A stretch of DNA of 32,000 nt from a bacterium (GCA_963652165.1 CAVJRM010000002.1:28720-60719), one strand, 5' to 3'; positions 1-8,992 are shown, numbered from the stretch's first letter. A program made the numbers and translations. The notes: generated from the sequence alone by a model not told the origin.

Positions 1-1910
1 GGAGCATCGTTTACACCGTCACCCGTCATAGCGGTAACATAGCCTTTATCTTGCCATGCTTTAACGATTCTTGTTTTGTGCTCAGGCTGAACTCTTGCAT
101 AAACATGGATTTTTTCGACTATTTTTTCAAACTCTTCATCGGTATATTTATCAATATCAGCGCCCATCATAGCCTGAGAATCATCATCAAGTATGCCAAG
201 CTCTCTTGCAATAGCCTTTGCTGTGTTAATGTGGTCACCGGTAATCATAATGGGAATAATACCTGCTGAGCGGCACTCATCAATAGCGTCTCTAACCTCG
301 GGACGAATCGGGTCAATCATACCGGTAAGGCCAATAAATATTAAATCGTTTTCGCAATCTTCGGGGGTATATTCGGATTTTTCGGCGTCATAAGTCTTAT
401 ATGCACAAGCAAATACACGAAGGGCTTTATTACCCATCCTTGTGTTTTCGCTCATTATATTTTCTCTGATTTCATCGGTGAGAGAAACAACTTCACCATG
501 AACTAATGCAGATGTGCATTTTTTAAGTATTTCATCGGGAGCGCCCTTTGTGTACTGAGTAACTACACCGTCAACATTGTGAATGGTGCTCATCATCTTT
601 CTGCCTGAATCAAAGGGAATTTCACCGATTCTGGGATATTTTGCAACAAGATCAGATTTTTCAAGGCCGAATGTTTTTGCGTAATTTATAAGAGCAATTT
701 CATCAGGCTCACCGATTTGGTCACCGTCTGCATCAATTTCGGCATTGGTGCAAAGAGCCATTGAAGTAGCAAGTTTAATTTCATCCTCAGCATAATGGTC
801 AACAACGGTCATTACATTCTGAGTAAGTGTACCGGTTTTATCGGAGCAAATAATCTGAGTACAGCCAAGAGTTTCAACTGCATTCATCTTTCTGATGATT
901 GCATTCTTTTTACTCATATTTGTAACGCCGATGGCAAGCACTATTGTCATAACGGCAACAAGGCCTTCGGGAATAGCGGCAACAGCAAGAGCAATAGCAG
1001 TAATGAAGCTGTCAAGAGAAAGAGTTAAAAGGCTGGGTCTTGATGCAGCATCAACCATTACAAATTTAGTGAGAATATCGAAAGCAAAGATAAATACGCA
1101 AATGCCCACAACAAGCCTTGTAAGGACTTTTGAAAGCTGTTCAAGTTTAATTTCAAGAGGAGTTTTGCCTTCCTCTGCGGCAGAAATAGCATTGGCGATT
1201 TTGCCCATTTCCGTATCCATACCGGTAGCGGTTACAACTGCTTTACCATGGCCGAAAACAAGAGTTGAGCCCATATATGCCATATTTTTACGGTCACCGA
1301 GAGGAACATCATTATTTCCCTCTGCCATAAGAATACCGATAATTTTATTAACGGGAACAGATTCACCTGTAAGGGATGCTTCTTCAATCTTCATGCTGTT
1401 ACATTCAATAATTCTGCAATCGGCAGGAATTGAATCGCCGGCGTCAAGGATAATAACATCGCCTACAACAAGGTCTTCGCTTTTAATACTAACAACTTTG
1501 CCGTCACGAATAGTTTTAGTCATTGCGGCAGACATTTCCTGCAAAGCTTCAATTGCTTTTTCAGCTTTACTTTCCTGCACAACGCCTAGAACAGCATTAA
1601 CAATAACAACAAAAAGGATAATAAATGTGTCTGTAAAAGATCTTAACTCAAAATGGATTGCAACATTGCCACCGTCAAGAGTAATAATATTTGTGATGGC
1701 GTTAATTACAGCGGCAACAAGAAGGATAATAATCATTGGGTCCTTCATTTGATCAAAGAATCTTTTAATTAAAGAATCTTTTTCTGCCTCTTTGAGTTTG
1801 TTCTTTCCGTTTGCGGCAAGGCGTTTTTCGGCCTCTGCCGAGGAAAGTCCGTTTTCGGTAGAATTTAAATCTTTAAAAACTGCCTCAACACTTTCAAGAT
1901 AATGTTTCAT
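1..1910 (-). CDS. Cation-transporting P-type ATPase (P2, Ca2+/Mn2+ PMCA/SERCA-like); N-terminal ~636 codons, 3' end runs off the window
   Basis: Absent from the ORF track because there is no stop in the window. Reverse-strand ATG at 1910-1908 with RBS AGGAGTGG. Translation is MKHYLESVEAVFKDLNSTENGLSSAEAEKRLAANGKNKLKEAEKDSLIKRFFDQMKDPMIIILL... It contains the phosphorylation motif CSDKTGTLTQN (DKTGTLT at about 822-842) and MTGDGVNDAP at nt 1-29. The + strand ORFs 795-1028 and 895-1752 are antisense artefacts. Confidence 0.93.
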   Translation of the reverse strand, partial: MKHYLESVEAVFKDLNSTENGLSSAEAEKRLAANGKNKLKEAEKDSLIKRFFDQMKDPMIIILLVAAVINAITNIITLDGGNVAIHFELRSFTDTFIILFVVIVNAVLGVVQESKAEKAIEALQEMSAAMTKTIRDGKVVSIKSEDLVVGDVIILDAGDSIPADCRIIECNSMKIEEASLTGESVPVNKIIGILMAEGNNDVPLGDRKNMAYMGSTLVFGHGKAVVTATGMDTEMGKIANAISAAEEGKTPLEIKLEQLSKVLTRLVVGICVFIFAFDILTKFVMVDAASRPSLLTLSLDSFITAIALAVAAIPEGLVAVMTIVLAIGVTNMSKKNAIIRKMNAVETLGCTQIICSDKTGTLTQNVMTVVDHYAEDEIKLATSMALCTNAEIDADGDQIGEPDEIALINYAKTFGLEKSDLVAKYPRIGEIPFDSGRKMMSTIHNVDGVVTQYTKGAPDEILKKCTSALVHGEVVSLTDEIRENIMSENTRMGNKALRVFACAYKTYDAEKSEYTPEDCENDLIFIGLTGMIDPIRPEVRDAIDECRSAGIIPIMITGDHINTAKAIARELGILDDDSQAMMGADIDKYTDEEFEKIVEKIHVYARVQPEHKTRIVKAWQDKGYVTAMTGDGVNDA

Positions 1911-1937
1911 TCTTTCCACTCCTGATTTTTATTTGTA

Positions 1938-2064
1938 TAAAAAAACCTCTAACATAGCAATAAATGCTATGTTAAAGGTCTCGCTAACATAAAATGCACC
2001 TAATGCCAGCCATAAAGGCGGGTGTTGACAGTAGGTTTAAAGCTACTCCCCTCTAACGAGGTTT
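1938..2064 (-). promoter_or_regulatory. yybP-ykoY (Mn2+) riboswitch leader with intrinsic-terminator expression platform
   Basis: The reverse strand reads AAACCUCGUUAGAGGGGAGUAGCUUUAAACCUACUGUCAACACCC...UUUUAUGUUAGCGAGACCUUUAAC. This carries the conserved GGGGAGUAGC block and the UUAGC(A/G)AGACCUUU block of the motif. The P1 3' strand CCUUUAA is also the 5' arm of a 15-bp terminator stem (1945-1959 pairs with 1965-1979) followed by a U-run (1939-1944). Ligand-stabilised P1 would therefore prevent termination (ON switch). Confidence 0.8.
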
Positions 2065-2078
2065 ATTTATTTTGCATT

Positions 2079-2107
2079 ATTTTACAATAAAATTTTCAAA
2101 GTGTCAA
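2079..2107 (-). promoter_or_regulatory. sigma-A type promoter for the riboswitch/ATPase transcript
   Basis: Reverse strand TTGACA (2107-2102), 17-nt spacer, TAAAAT (2084-2079), about 15 nt upstream of the riboswitch. Confidence 0.6.
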
Positions 2108-2130
2108 CCAAAAAATCTTAAAAATTTCAA

Positions 2131-3972
2131 TTACCACTGAAAAATCAAATCTCTGAAACCTTTTGCACCGAAAATCTTATATGTGGTATCATTCATGGAT
2201 TTTAAAACTTTGGTTGTAAAATCATCGGATTTTTCCGTTTCAGCCTCGTATACTCCGAGAGTAACAAGCATATTATAGTAATTCTTGATAACGGCATCAT
2301 CGGCTTCTCTGTCATTTACAACAGAATCCATCATCTTATTTACTGCTGCGGTATTTTCGTCAATAAGTTTTTGCTGCTCTGCTGTGGGAGTGTTGGTATC
2401 AAGCCATGTATCAAGGTCTGTCATATAGCTTCTCTTGAGCTTTTTAAGGTCTCTTGAATCGTTATACTGTGGGTAAATATTAGCTGTGTCATTTACACTG
2501 TCAATCTTGCCGAGAGCTAAATCAAATGCAAGTTTGAGAGCCGTATTGTTATTTTCGAGCTCATGTTTTTGACGGTAGAACACCCAAGTTCTGTCAGGGA
2601 ACAAAGAGGTTGAAAGATCAACGGATTTATCGGGTGTGATATATTTTGAATCATGAGAAGCAAGATATTCATCACTGAAGCTTGTGCCTTTTGTTACACA
2701 GGTTGCAAAAGGAACTGTAGAAGAAATTTCAATAATTTCATCTGAGTTTGTGGTGTCTGCAGATGCAAGGAACTGGAAAAATTCATAATCGCTGCTGTAT
2801 TCACCGAATCCGAGGCCGTAACCAGCAATAAAGAAGAAATCTACGCCGTGGTTCTCATAGAGTTCGGTAATAGTATTTTTAAGCTCTTTTTGAACCTCAT
2901 AATATCTATCTGTCTGTTCCATAATATAAGCAAGGTCGGGGTTGCCCTCAAGCCTTTCTTTTCTGATTTTTTCGTATCTGTCGGGAGGAACGATACCAAA
3001 GAGTGAGGGAGTTTTAAGAATAAGATTTTCAACTACGGAATTAAGAAGCTCATCAATAATACTTCTGAGGGTTGATTTGGGGAATATTCTGAGAATTACA
3101 TTTACAAGATAGCCCCAAGGTTCGCCAACAAGGTCTGAAACAATACCGTTATAGAGCTTCTCGGGAGCATCCTCGGCATAAGCAAGGTCTATAAGGTCGG
3201 CAATAACATCACTGCCTTGCCATGCGCCAACAATACTAACTACTTTAGAAACTTTTTCATCAGTGCCGTAATCGTGAAGATAAGCGCTTACAACGCTTGC
3301 GCCCATACTCATGGGAACAAGAACAACTTTATCTTTACCGGTTTGAGGCAAAACATAATTATTTATAAAGTCATTAAGGGCATCCGAATTGTCAAATGTG
3401 AATGAAAATGCAGAGTAGTTGAAGCAATAGAGCATATCTTCGCCTACATCACCGATAACATCCTGGCAAGGAATGGATCTATAGAAATTATCCCTCTGCT
3501 CTTTTGTATATTCGGAAACGGGATAGTAACATCTAGGTGTAACAACATTTGACGGAAGATTACCGTTTTCATCAATAGTATTATATCTGAAAAGGGTTTT
3601 TACAAGGCTGTCAACAGAGCTTTTGCTAATGAGATTAACATCCAATATTGCAGATGCAAGAAGACCACCTACAACAGAAAGAATATCAAGATAGGTTCTT
3701 ACTTCTTTGAAAGCAAAGCTGAAATCATTGCAAAAAAGATTCCATCTTGCAACGGCTCTGTCAGTTTCGTTATCTGCAACATCGGCCTTTGCATCTTCTT
3801 CTGTTTCATAAAGATAACTATAAGACTGGCCTATGCCTGTAACAAAAACTATAGGATATTCAATTTCGGTTGATTCTTTATCTGTGTTATCCGCAACTGC
3901 AACAACAGTGATAACGGAAAGAATCATACTGATGCAAAGAATAACAGCAATCAATTTCTTAAATCTTTTCAT
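2131..3972 (-). CDS. Secreted alpha/beta-hydrolase-like protein (putative lipase/esterase), 613 aa
   Basis: RBS GGGGA 7 nt before the ATG. N-terminal signal peptide MKRFKKLIAVILCISMILSVITVVAVA. Nucleophile-elbow-like VLVPMSMGASVV, compared from memory with AHSMG of Bacillus lipases. The C-terminal half is unassigned. Confidence 0.6.
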   Translation of the reverse strand: MKRFKKLIAVILCISMILSVITVVAVADNTDKESTEIEYPIVFVTGIGQSYSYLYETEEDAKADVADNETDRAVARWNLFCNDFSFAFKEVRTYLDILSVVGGLLASAILDVNLISKSSVDSLVKTLFRYNTIDENGNLPSNVVTPRCYYPVSEYTKEQRDNFYRSIPCQDVIGDVGEDMLYCFNYSAFSFTFDNSDALNDFINNYVLPQTGKDKVVLVPMSMGASVVSAYLHDYGTDEKVSKVVSIVGAWQGSDVIADLIDLAYAEDAPEKLYNGIVSDLVGEPWGYLVNVILRIFPKSTLRSIIDELLNSVVENLILKTPSLFGIVPPDRYEKIRKERLEGNPDLAYIMEQTDRYYEVQKELKNTITELYENHGVDFFFIAGYGLGFGEYSSDYEFFQFLASADTTNSDEIIEISSTVPFATCVTKGTSFSDEYLASHDSKYITPDKSVDLSTSLFPDRTWVFYRQKHELENNNTALKLAFDLALGKIDSVNDTANIYPQYNDSRDLKKLKRSYMTDLDTWLDTNTPTAEQQKLIDENTAAVNKMMDSVVNDREADDAVIKNYYNMLVTLGVYEAETEKSDDFTTKVLKSMNDTTYKIFGAKGFRDLIFQW

Positions 3973-4406
3973 TCATAAATCCCCTTTAATCAATTTTATT
4001 TATTATACAATACAAAAAAAGCAATATCAACAAAAAATTAAAAACTTTGTTTTGATTTTGTTTATGCATGGGTTACTTTGCAAGAATTTCCTTAATGTCA
4101 CTTTTGGAATCTTAAGACAATACCACCACCGCCCTTGTATTCTTAAGAGGCGGTATTCTCTTTATATTTGAATTAGATATTACTCCTTTTTAAATTCCTC
4201 TTTCAATGCGCCGGCATACCGCATCTATGAATTATATTGTAGGCGCAAAATTCTGTGCATTTTTAGTAAGTATGGCAAGAGTATATAAACAATTTGCTTA
4301 AAGAATGGGAAGAAACACATAAAAAACAAGAAAAAATAGAGAATAATAGAGTGAAATTTTTTATTTTATTGGTATAGTTCAAACAAAATTTATATATTGG
4401 AAATAC

Positions 4407-4439
4407 GAAGAAGCCGCCCTTTTGGGTGGCTTCTTTTTT
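4407..4439 (+). terminator. Rho-independent terminator, better formed on the + strand
   Basis: GAAGAAGCCGCCC-UUUU-GGGUGGCUUCUU followed by UUUU on the + strand. The one imperfect pair is G-U on + but C-A on minus, and the minus strand has no U-run. It overlaps the stop of the minus-strand CDS 4438-4743. Confidence 0.6.
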
Positions 4440-4743
4440 AACATTCTTCCAAATAACTGTTTGGGAGAGTAAGTGTCCATTTTGTATCGAGCGCTTGAAC
4501 TTCTTTACCATGCTCGACAACTTTGATGTCCTCATTTTTAATGAGGGTTCCATCGTCTTTAATATGGACACCTTTTAGTTCGTCACCGGAAAACATCTCT
4601 TCCGGAAGAGTAATTTTCTCCCCAGAGTTCAGTTCTGCGATGGCGAAAGTTTCAATCACATCAAATTCTGTGCCTTTAGAATAATTATATGGTTGACCTT
4701 CGATGTCCCATACGGTGACATCTTGATTAAGTTTTACTCGCAT
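4438..4743 (-). CDS. Hypothetical protein, 101 aa
   Basis: Complete ORF with RBS AAGGAG about 8 nt upstream of the ATG. No motif recognised. Confidence 0.65.
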   Translation of the reverse strand: MRVKLNQDVTVWDIEGQPYNYSKGTEFDVIETFAIAELNSGEKITLPEEMFSGDELKGVHIKDDGTLIKNEDIKVVEHGKEVQALDTKWTLTLPNSYLEEC

Positions 4744-4988
4744 AGTTTTTCTCCTTTTCTACGCTAATTTTTTAAGCCTCGTTTTCAATAGGAATAAAAC
4801 TGACCTTTTGGACTAAAGAAATTTGACTCATAGAATTGCAATAAGGATTAAAAAGCGACAGCTCCCCTTACACAGGGGCGAGCCGAAAAGCTCTCATTTA
4901 GCTCGTTGTAATCATTAACTTTCTGCTCTTTTCAAGCGACATTTTCATTGCTAATTGCTATTTCCTAATTCCACATTCGCCGAATGCG

Positions 4989-6503
4989 TCAACATACACT
5001 TGTAAGCAAATCAGCAAAGACTGTGAGAATTGCTTTAAGGAAATCAACACCGAAAAGGCCGGATTTGAACTCGGAGAATTTTGAAAGAACTACTCTTGTC
5101 TCTGTTTCTGTACAGCCTTCATTTATGCATGTGCGAGTTTCCACACCGTCTTTGAAGAATGTTGCGGATTTAGTAGTCTTCCACTCGCTGAATGTGTGGC
5201 CTGTGGCAGGGGATAACTCTTTTGTACATACTGAGCATAAACAAGCTTCAGTACAAGTAGCTTTGTTCGTATTATCTTTATGGTCGCAAACAGTCAATTT
5301 AATTGGGCTAAATTCACTTGCATAATCGGTGAGTTTGGTATCGTCATTTGCACCGCCGTTATACTGCTCGCTGAACACATTGAGAGTATATTCTCCGTTG
5401 GCAAGGTCGGACGGAATTGTAATGTTTACCTCTCCGGTTGCAGAAGTAGGTTGTGCAACTCTGCCGTAATATATAGCATCACCGGTGCTGTCCGTGATGA
5501 TTACTGAAATGTATTCATTGGGGTTGTCCTTATTACATATAGTTGCACCGGAATAACTCAAGGTAATTGTTTCACCGGGTTTTCCTGCTTGAGCTTTTTT
5601 ATCGGTTATGTCAAATTTGCGGCTTGAGTCTTTCAGCGTTACTTTCCAATCGTTTCCGGAATAATCGGCAATTTTAGAAATTGTGCCGGTAGCAGATTTT
5701 TTACCGCCTTCGGCGGCAGATGTGAAGATTACAGATTCCAGATTTAAGTTTAAAGCCGGACGAACACAAATATCGTCACCGCTCACATCGCAGCCACTGT
5801 AAGTCACGCCGCCGTCATCGTCGACATCTGCAGCGTAATAACCATAGTAGCCGGGCGAGCGCAACCACCAACAACAAGTGGCCTTACCATCTACTTTGAA
5901 GCTATCACTTGTGTATACTCCCTGTGCTATTGCATAATCTGTGGGAGCACATTTTCTTGCATCATCGGATGAAAAGTATTTATTTTCTTCGTTTATACTG
6001 AGCAAGAAAACTTTATCTGTTGTATCATTTCCCGGGTCTGTATCAAATTCCGGATTGGCATCTGCTGTGACTTTTGTTGATTTTATTATTTCCTGTTCTG
6101 CGCTGGTAAAAGCTGATTTATAAAATGTTCCGTTAAGCCATGAACGAATAGTGCTTGTTTCCCATGTCACAGCTTTACTTTCAGTATGATATTTAACTGT
6201 ATCAAGAGCTTGATCGGAGAGTAAAAACAACTGCTTTGTATCTGCGTTATTCGCCAGCACACGCCATTTGATGGGGTCGGTATTATAGCCGTCCTCTCCG
6301 GCGCTGCTTTGCTTGTATGTGCCAAAATAAATGTTACTTGCCTGCCCACCGCTTATATTTGCGGCTGCACCGTCTTTCACAAGCTGTATCGCCTTACTTG
6401 TGTTTGTGTCGGCATTTGCGAACATTCCGCCAACCGCAACAGAGCATAATACCATCACGGCACAAAGGAACATTGATAATGTTGCTTTTAATTTTTTAGT
6501 CAT
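4989..6503 (-). CDS. Secreted surface protein with DUF6273-like N-terminal domain, Ig-like middle and Cys-rich C-terminal module, 504 aa
   Basis: RBS AGGAGG. Signal peptide MTKKLKATLSMFLCAVMVLCSVAVGGMFANA. Motifs IKWRVL, TIRSWLN and CCWWLRSPG are typical of DUF6273-type gut-Firmicute surface proteins (recollection). C-terminal GHTFSEWKTTKSAT...GVETRTCINEGC motif and a hydrophobic tail. Confidence 0.75.
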   Translation of the reverse strand: MTKKLKATLSMFLCAVMVLCSVAVGGMFANADTNTSKAIQLVKDGAAANISGGQASNIYFGTYKQSSAGEDGYNTDPIKWRVLANNADTKQLFLLSDQALDTVKYHTESKAVTWETSTIRSWLNGTFYKSAFTSAEQEIIKSTKVTADANPEFDTDPGNDTTDKVFLLSINEENKYFSSDDARKCAPTDYAIAQGVYTSDSFKVDGKATCCWWLRSPGYYGYYAADVDDDGGVTYSGCDVSGDDICVRPALNLNLESVIFTSAAEGGKKSATGTISKIADYSGNDWKVTLKDSSRKFDITDKKAQAGKPGETITLSYSGATICNKDNPNEYISVIITDSTGDAIYYGRVAQPTSATGEVNITIPSDLANGEYTLNVFSEQYNGGANDDTKLTDYASEFSPIKLTVCDHKDNTNKATCTEACLCSVCTKELSPATGHTFSEWKTTKSATFFKDGVETRTCINEGCTETETRVVLSKFSEFKSGLFGVDFLKAILTVFADLLTSVC

Positions 6504-6679
6504 GATATAACCTCCTGAAATTCATAATTTTTGATAAAACTATATACCGAGTGTATTTTATCAAACTCAAAGCCAAAATTCTATAAGATAAAAATCTTTA
6601 TAGGATGTTACAAAATCGGGGGCTGTTCTTTGTGAATGATTGCCATAAATTCAGCTTGATGAAAATTATTTTACATTTC

Positions 6680-6988
6680 TTAAATGCAAAACGCAGCGTA
6701 AAAAGGAACAATCTTTTTGTTATCCTCAATACCGAAATTTTCAGCGGAAAGTTTGATAGCATAATCAGGCTTGTAGGTATCCATAAAGACTTTTAAACTT
6801 TTAGCTTTTGTATTGTCGGCAGACTTAACCTCAATGGGAATGAGCTTTCCTTCACGCTGAATGATAAAATCTATTTCAGCACCACGCTCAGATTCCCAAT
6901 AGTATGTACGATAACCGTTAATGGAAAGCTGCACATTAACATAATTCTCTGCCATGCCGCCCTTAAAGCCGTTAATTTCATCAACCAT
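6680..6988 (-). pseudogene. 3' fragment of an AAA+ ATPase gene (DUF4143 C-terminal domain only)
   Basis: The 102 aa (..AENYVNVQL..YYWESERGAEIDFIIQREGKLIPIEVKSADN..) match the restriction-endonuclease-like DUF4143 C-terminus of ~400-aa ATPases (recollection). The P-loop N-terminal ~300 aa are missing. The upstream frame is closed by a TGA at about 7020, and 6989-7190 is non-coding. Confidence 0.6.
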
Positions 6989-7193
6989 ATAGAGAATGTC
7001 ATCGACAGCTAAATTCTTCTTGGCACATAGTCAGCCCTCCTTATAGTTACTGAACACGGTATATCAGATGTTCGTGTAAGAATCAACAGTTTTGTCTTAG
7101 TATATAACGCTAATTTACATGAATAATCTTTAGGCTTTTGCATAAATTAACGCGAATATTGTAAATTTATTTTTTACATAGCATTTAATAACC

Positions 7194-7493
7194 ATGTGTG
7201 GCTTTCCAATGCACAATGAAGATTTATATCTTTCAAGGCTTGCCGAAAAAGACTTAATGCCAATTGCAAGAGCAATGGCAGATAAGGTTATGACAAAAGA
7301 AAACGGTATTCCCGATGACGCTGTTGCCAGGGCAAAGCCTTCTGTGATAAAGAAACTTGAGGAGAATATGAAGATTGTGGATATGGGAAAATGGGGAAGG
7401 AAAAATCTTTTGATGAAGCAAGATAAAAGGGTGAATCGTGAACCCTTTTTTTCGACAATATTGAAAAGTATTGAAAAATATACTATTATGTAG
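7194..7493 (+). CDS. Orphan 99-aa ORF, possibly a remnant of a conjugative/integrative-element gene
   Basis: ATG at 7194 with an in-frame stop 15 nt upstream and no clear RBS. N-terminus MCGFPMHNEDLYLSRL resembles the MutS domain-I motif PMCGvPyH..sYi..L (recollection). The KPSVIKKLEENMK segment resembles tails of ICE polyvalent proteins (recollection). Sits directly upstream of int. Confidence 0.35.
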   Translation: MCGFPMHNEDLYLSRLAEKDLMPIARAMADKVMTKENGIPDDAVARAKPSVIKKLEENMKIVDMGKWGRKNLLMKQDKRVNREPFFSTILKSIEKYTIM

Positions 7494-7536
7494 ACATCCA
7501 AATTGACAGTCGCTTCCGAAGAAGAAAGGAGTAATT

Positions 7537-8793
7537 GTGAAAGGAAGCCTACAAGTTAAAGGTGACAAATATTATGCCGTTTTTAACATAAAAAAAACAG
7601 ATGGTAAAAAATCAACAAAATGGATAAATACCGGATTCATTGCACCAAGAGAAAAGAAAAAAGCAGAGAAGTTTCTTAAAGCAAAAGAAGTTGAGCTTGA
7701 TTCTGAACCTATAATTGATGAATTTGCTATTTATTCAGAAAATAATTTATCAAATCAGCCGGTTATATCTTTATTAACCCCAAATGGACAAATTATGTTT
7801 GCCCAAAATGTGGCAGTACAGCCAAAGTCGGAAACTCTTTTTTATGTTTATATTCAGGATTGGTTGAAATCAAAGAAAACAAATTCAAGTATTGATGTTG
7901 TTACATATGAACAATATGAAAGCGTTTGCAATAACCATTTGATTCCTTATTTCAAAAAGAAAAAAAGCATGCTTGAATCAATTGATTATAAGGATGTTCA
8001 AGATTTTATAGATTTTGAAGCTAAATGCGGTAATAAATTAAATAACAAGGGTCTTTCTCCTAAGTCGCTCGGAACTTTAAAGAAAACATTAAGCCAAGTT
8101 TTTAAGAGTGCAAGGAGGGATAAGCTGATTAGTGATAATCCTTGTGAATTTGTAAAAACGCCTAAACAGATTAAAAGGGAACCCAATATTCTGACTTTAG
8201 AACAACTGCAAATACTTTTGGAAAACATTAAAGACGAAAATGTATACCCGATTATTTATCTTACATCTGTTTATGGATTGAGGCGTTCGGAAGTGCTCGG
8301 AATTAAATGGGACAGTATTGATTATGAAAATATGACTGTAACAATAAAGCACACGGTTGTGCAGGGTAATAATCTTTATGAAAAAGATTCGACCAAAAAC
8401 GAAAGCAGTTATCGAACTTATCCTATGTCGGATGAGATAAAAGAAATCTTCCTCCGACAGAAAAAGCAGGAGGAAGAAAATAAGAAACGATTTGGTAAAA
8501 ATTATATTTCAAACGATTATGTTTTTAAATGGGATAACGGTGAAATTATAAAGCCTGATTATGTTTCAAAAAAGTTAGGAGAACTATTAGAAAAAAACGG
8601 CTTACCTCACATAAGGTTTCACGACCTAAGGCATAGTTGTGCGAGTTATCTTGCTTCAAAAGGTTTTCAACTAAAAGATATTCAAGAATGGTTGGGTCAC
8701 GCAGATATAGAAACCACAGCAAATATATATGCTCATCTTTATGCTGATAGAAAAGATCAAATTTTGACATCATTAAATTTGATGAGTTATTGA
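7537..8793 (+). CDS. int: Tyrosine-type site-specific recombinase/integrase, 418 aa
   Basis: GTG start with RBS AAAGGAG. N-terminal arm-binding-like domain (MKGSLQVKGDKYYAVFNIK..WINTGF). Catalytic signature GLRRSE...HDLRHSCASYL...LGHADIETTANIYAHL (R, HxxR, H, Y all present). Confidence 0.92.
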   Translation: MKGSLQVKGDKYYAVFNIKKTDGKKSTKWINTGFIAPREKKKAEKFLKAKEVELDSEPIIDEFAIYSENNLSNQPVISLLTPNGQIMFAQNVAVQPKSETLFYVYIQDWLKSKKTNSSIDVVTYEQYESVCNNHLIPYFKKKKSMLESIDYKDVQDFIDFEAKCGNKLNNKGLSPKSLGTLKKTLSQVFKSARRDKLISDNPCEFVKTPKQIKREPNILTLEQLQILLENIKDENVYPIIYLTSVYGLRRSEVLGIKWDSIDYENMTVTIKHTVVQGNNLYEKDSTKNESSYRTYPMSDEIKEIFLRQKKQEEENKKRFGKNYISNDYVFKWDNGEIIKPDYVSKKLGELLEKNGLPHIRFHDLRHSCASYLASKGFQLKDIQEWLGHADIETTANIYAHLYADRKDQILTSLNLMSY

Positions 8794-8832
8794 GAGTTAA
8801 AAAGAGTGATTAGGAAGACTAAAATTTTTTAT

Positions 8833-8922
8833 AATTTCTATCAAAAAATGATGAAATTTTGATAGAAAAAAGTGATTTTTCAATACTTTTTCTAATAAAG
8901 TATTAGAAAAAAGTATTAGAAA
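8833..8922. repeat. Array of (G/T)(A/T)TAGAAA-type sites between int and tRNA-Pro (candidate arm-type/accessory binding sites)
   Basis: 12-bp inverted repeat tttctatcaaaa (8835-8846) / ttttgatagaaa (8857-8868). Palindrome tctaata-aag-tattaga (8891-8907). Direct repeat agtattagaaa at 8899-8909 and 8912-8922. Confidence 0.6.
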
Positions 8923-8953
8923 CATCGGCAGGTTTTTGAATAAAAAATCGGTT

Positions 8954-8991
8954 AAAAAAAGCCCAAGCCCTTGATACACAAGGATTTGGAC
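8954..8991 (-). terminator. Rho-independent terminator of tRNA-Pro
   Basis: The reverse strand reads GUCCAAAUCCUU-GUGUAUC-AAGGGCUUGGGC followed by UUUUUUU. It starts 1 nt after the tRNA CCA end. Confidence 0.75.
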
Positions 8992-8992
8992 T

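Larger units (their letters stand above)
6989..8992. mobile_element. Remnant of a tRNA-Pro-associated integrative element (integrase plus arm-like repeats; cargo lost); left boundary uncertain
   Basis: A tyrosine integrase is transcribed toward the 3' end of tRNA-Pro (8993). A repeat array lies between int and the tRNA. Upstream there are only an orphan 99-aa ORF and a truncated gene. No convincing second copy of the tRNA-Pro 3' end was found in the window. Confidence 0.4.

Noticed and set aside
795-1752. + strand ORFs of 77 and 285 aa (795-1028, 895-1752)
   Set aside because: They lie antisense to a minus-strand reading frame carrying canonical P-type ATPase motifs (DKTGTLT, TGDGVNDAP). Their composition is Ser/Ile/Ala-rich and low-complexity, typical of antisense frames.
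6545-6560. ccgagtg 7-mer shared with the tRNA-Pro 3' end, considered as a distal att repeat of the integrase element
   Set aside because: A 7-nt match is expected by chance in 32 kb and has no flanking similarity.
7130-7568. Minus-strand ORFs 7130-7501 and 7254-7568
   Set aside because: They overlap each other and the int start region, are Phe/Ile/Ser-rich, and have no RBS. Less plausible than the already weak + strand 99-aa ORF.
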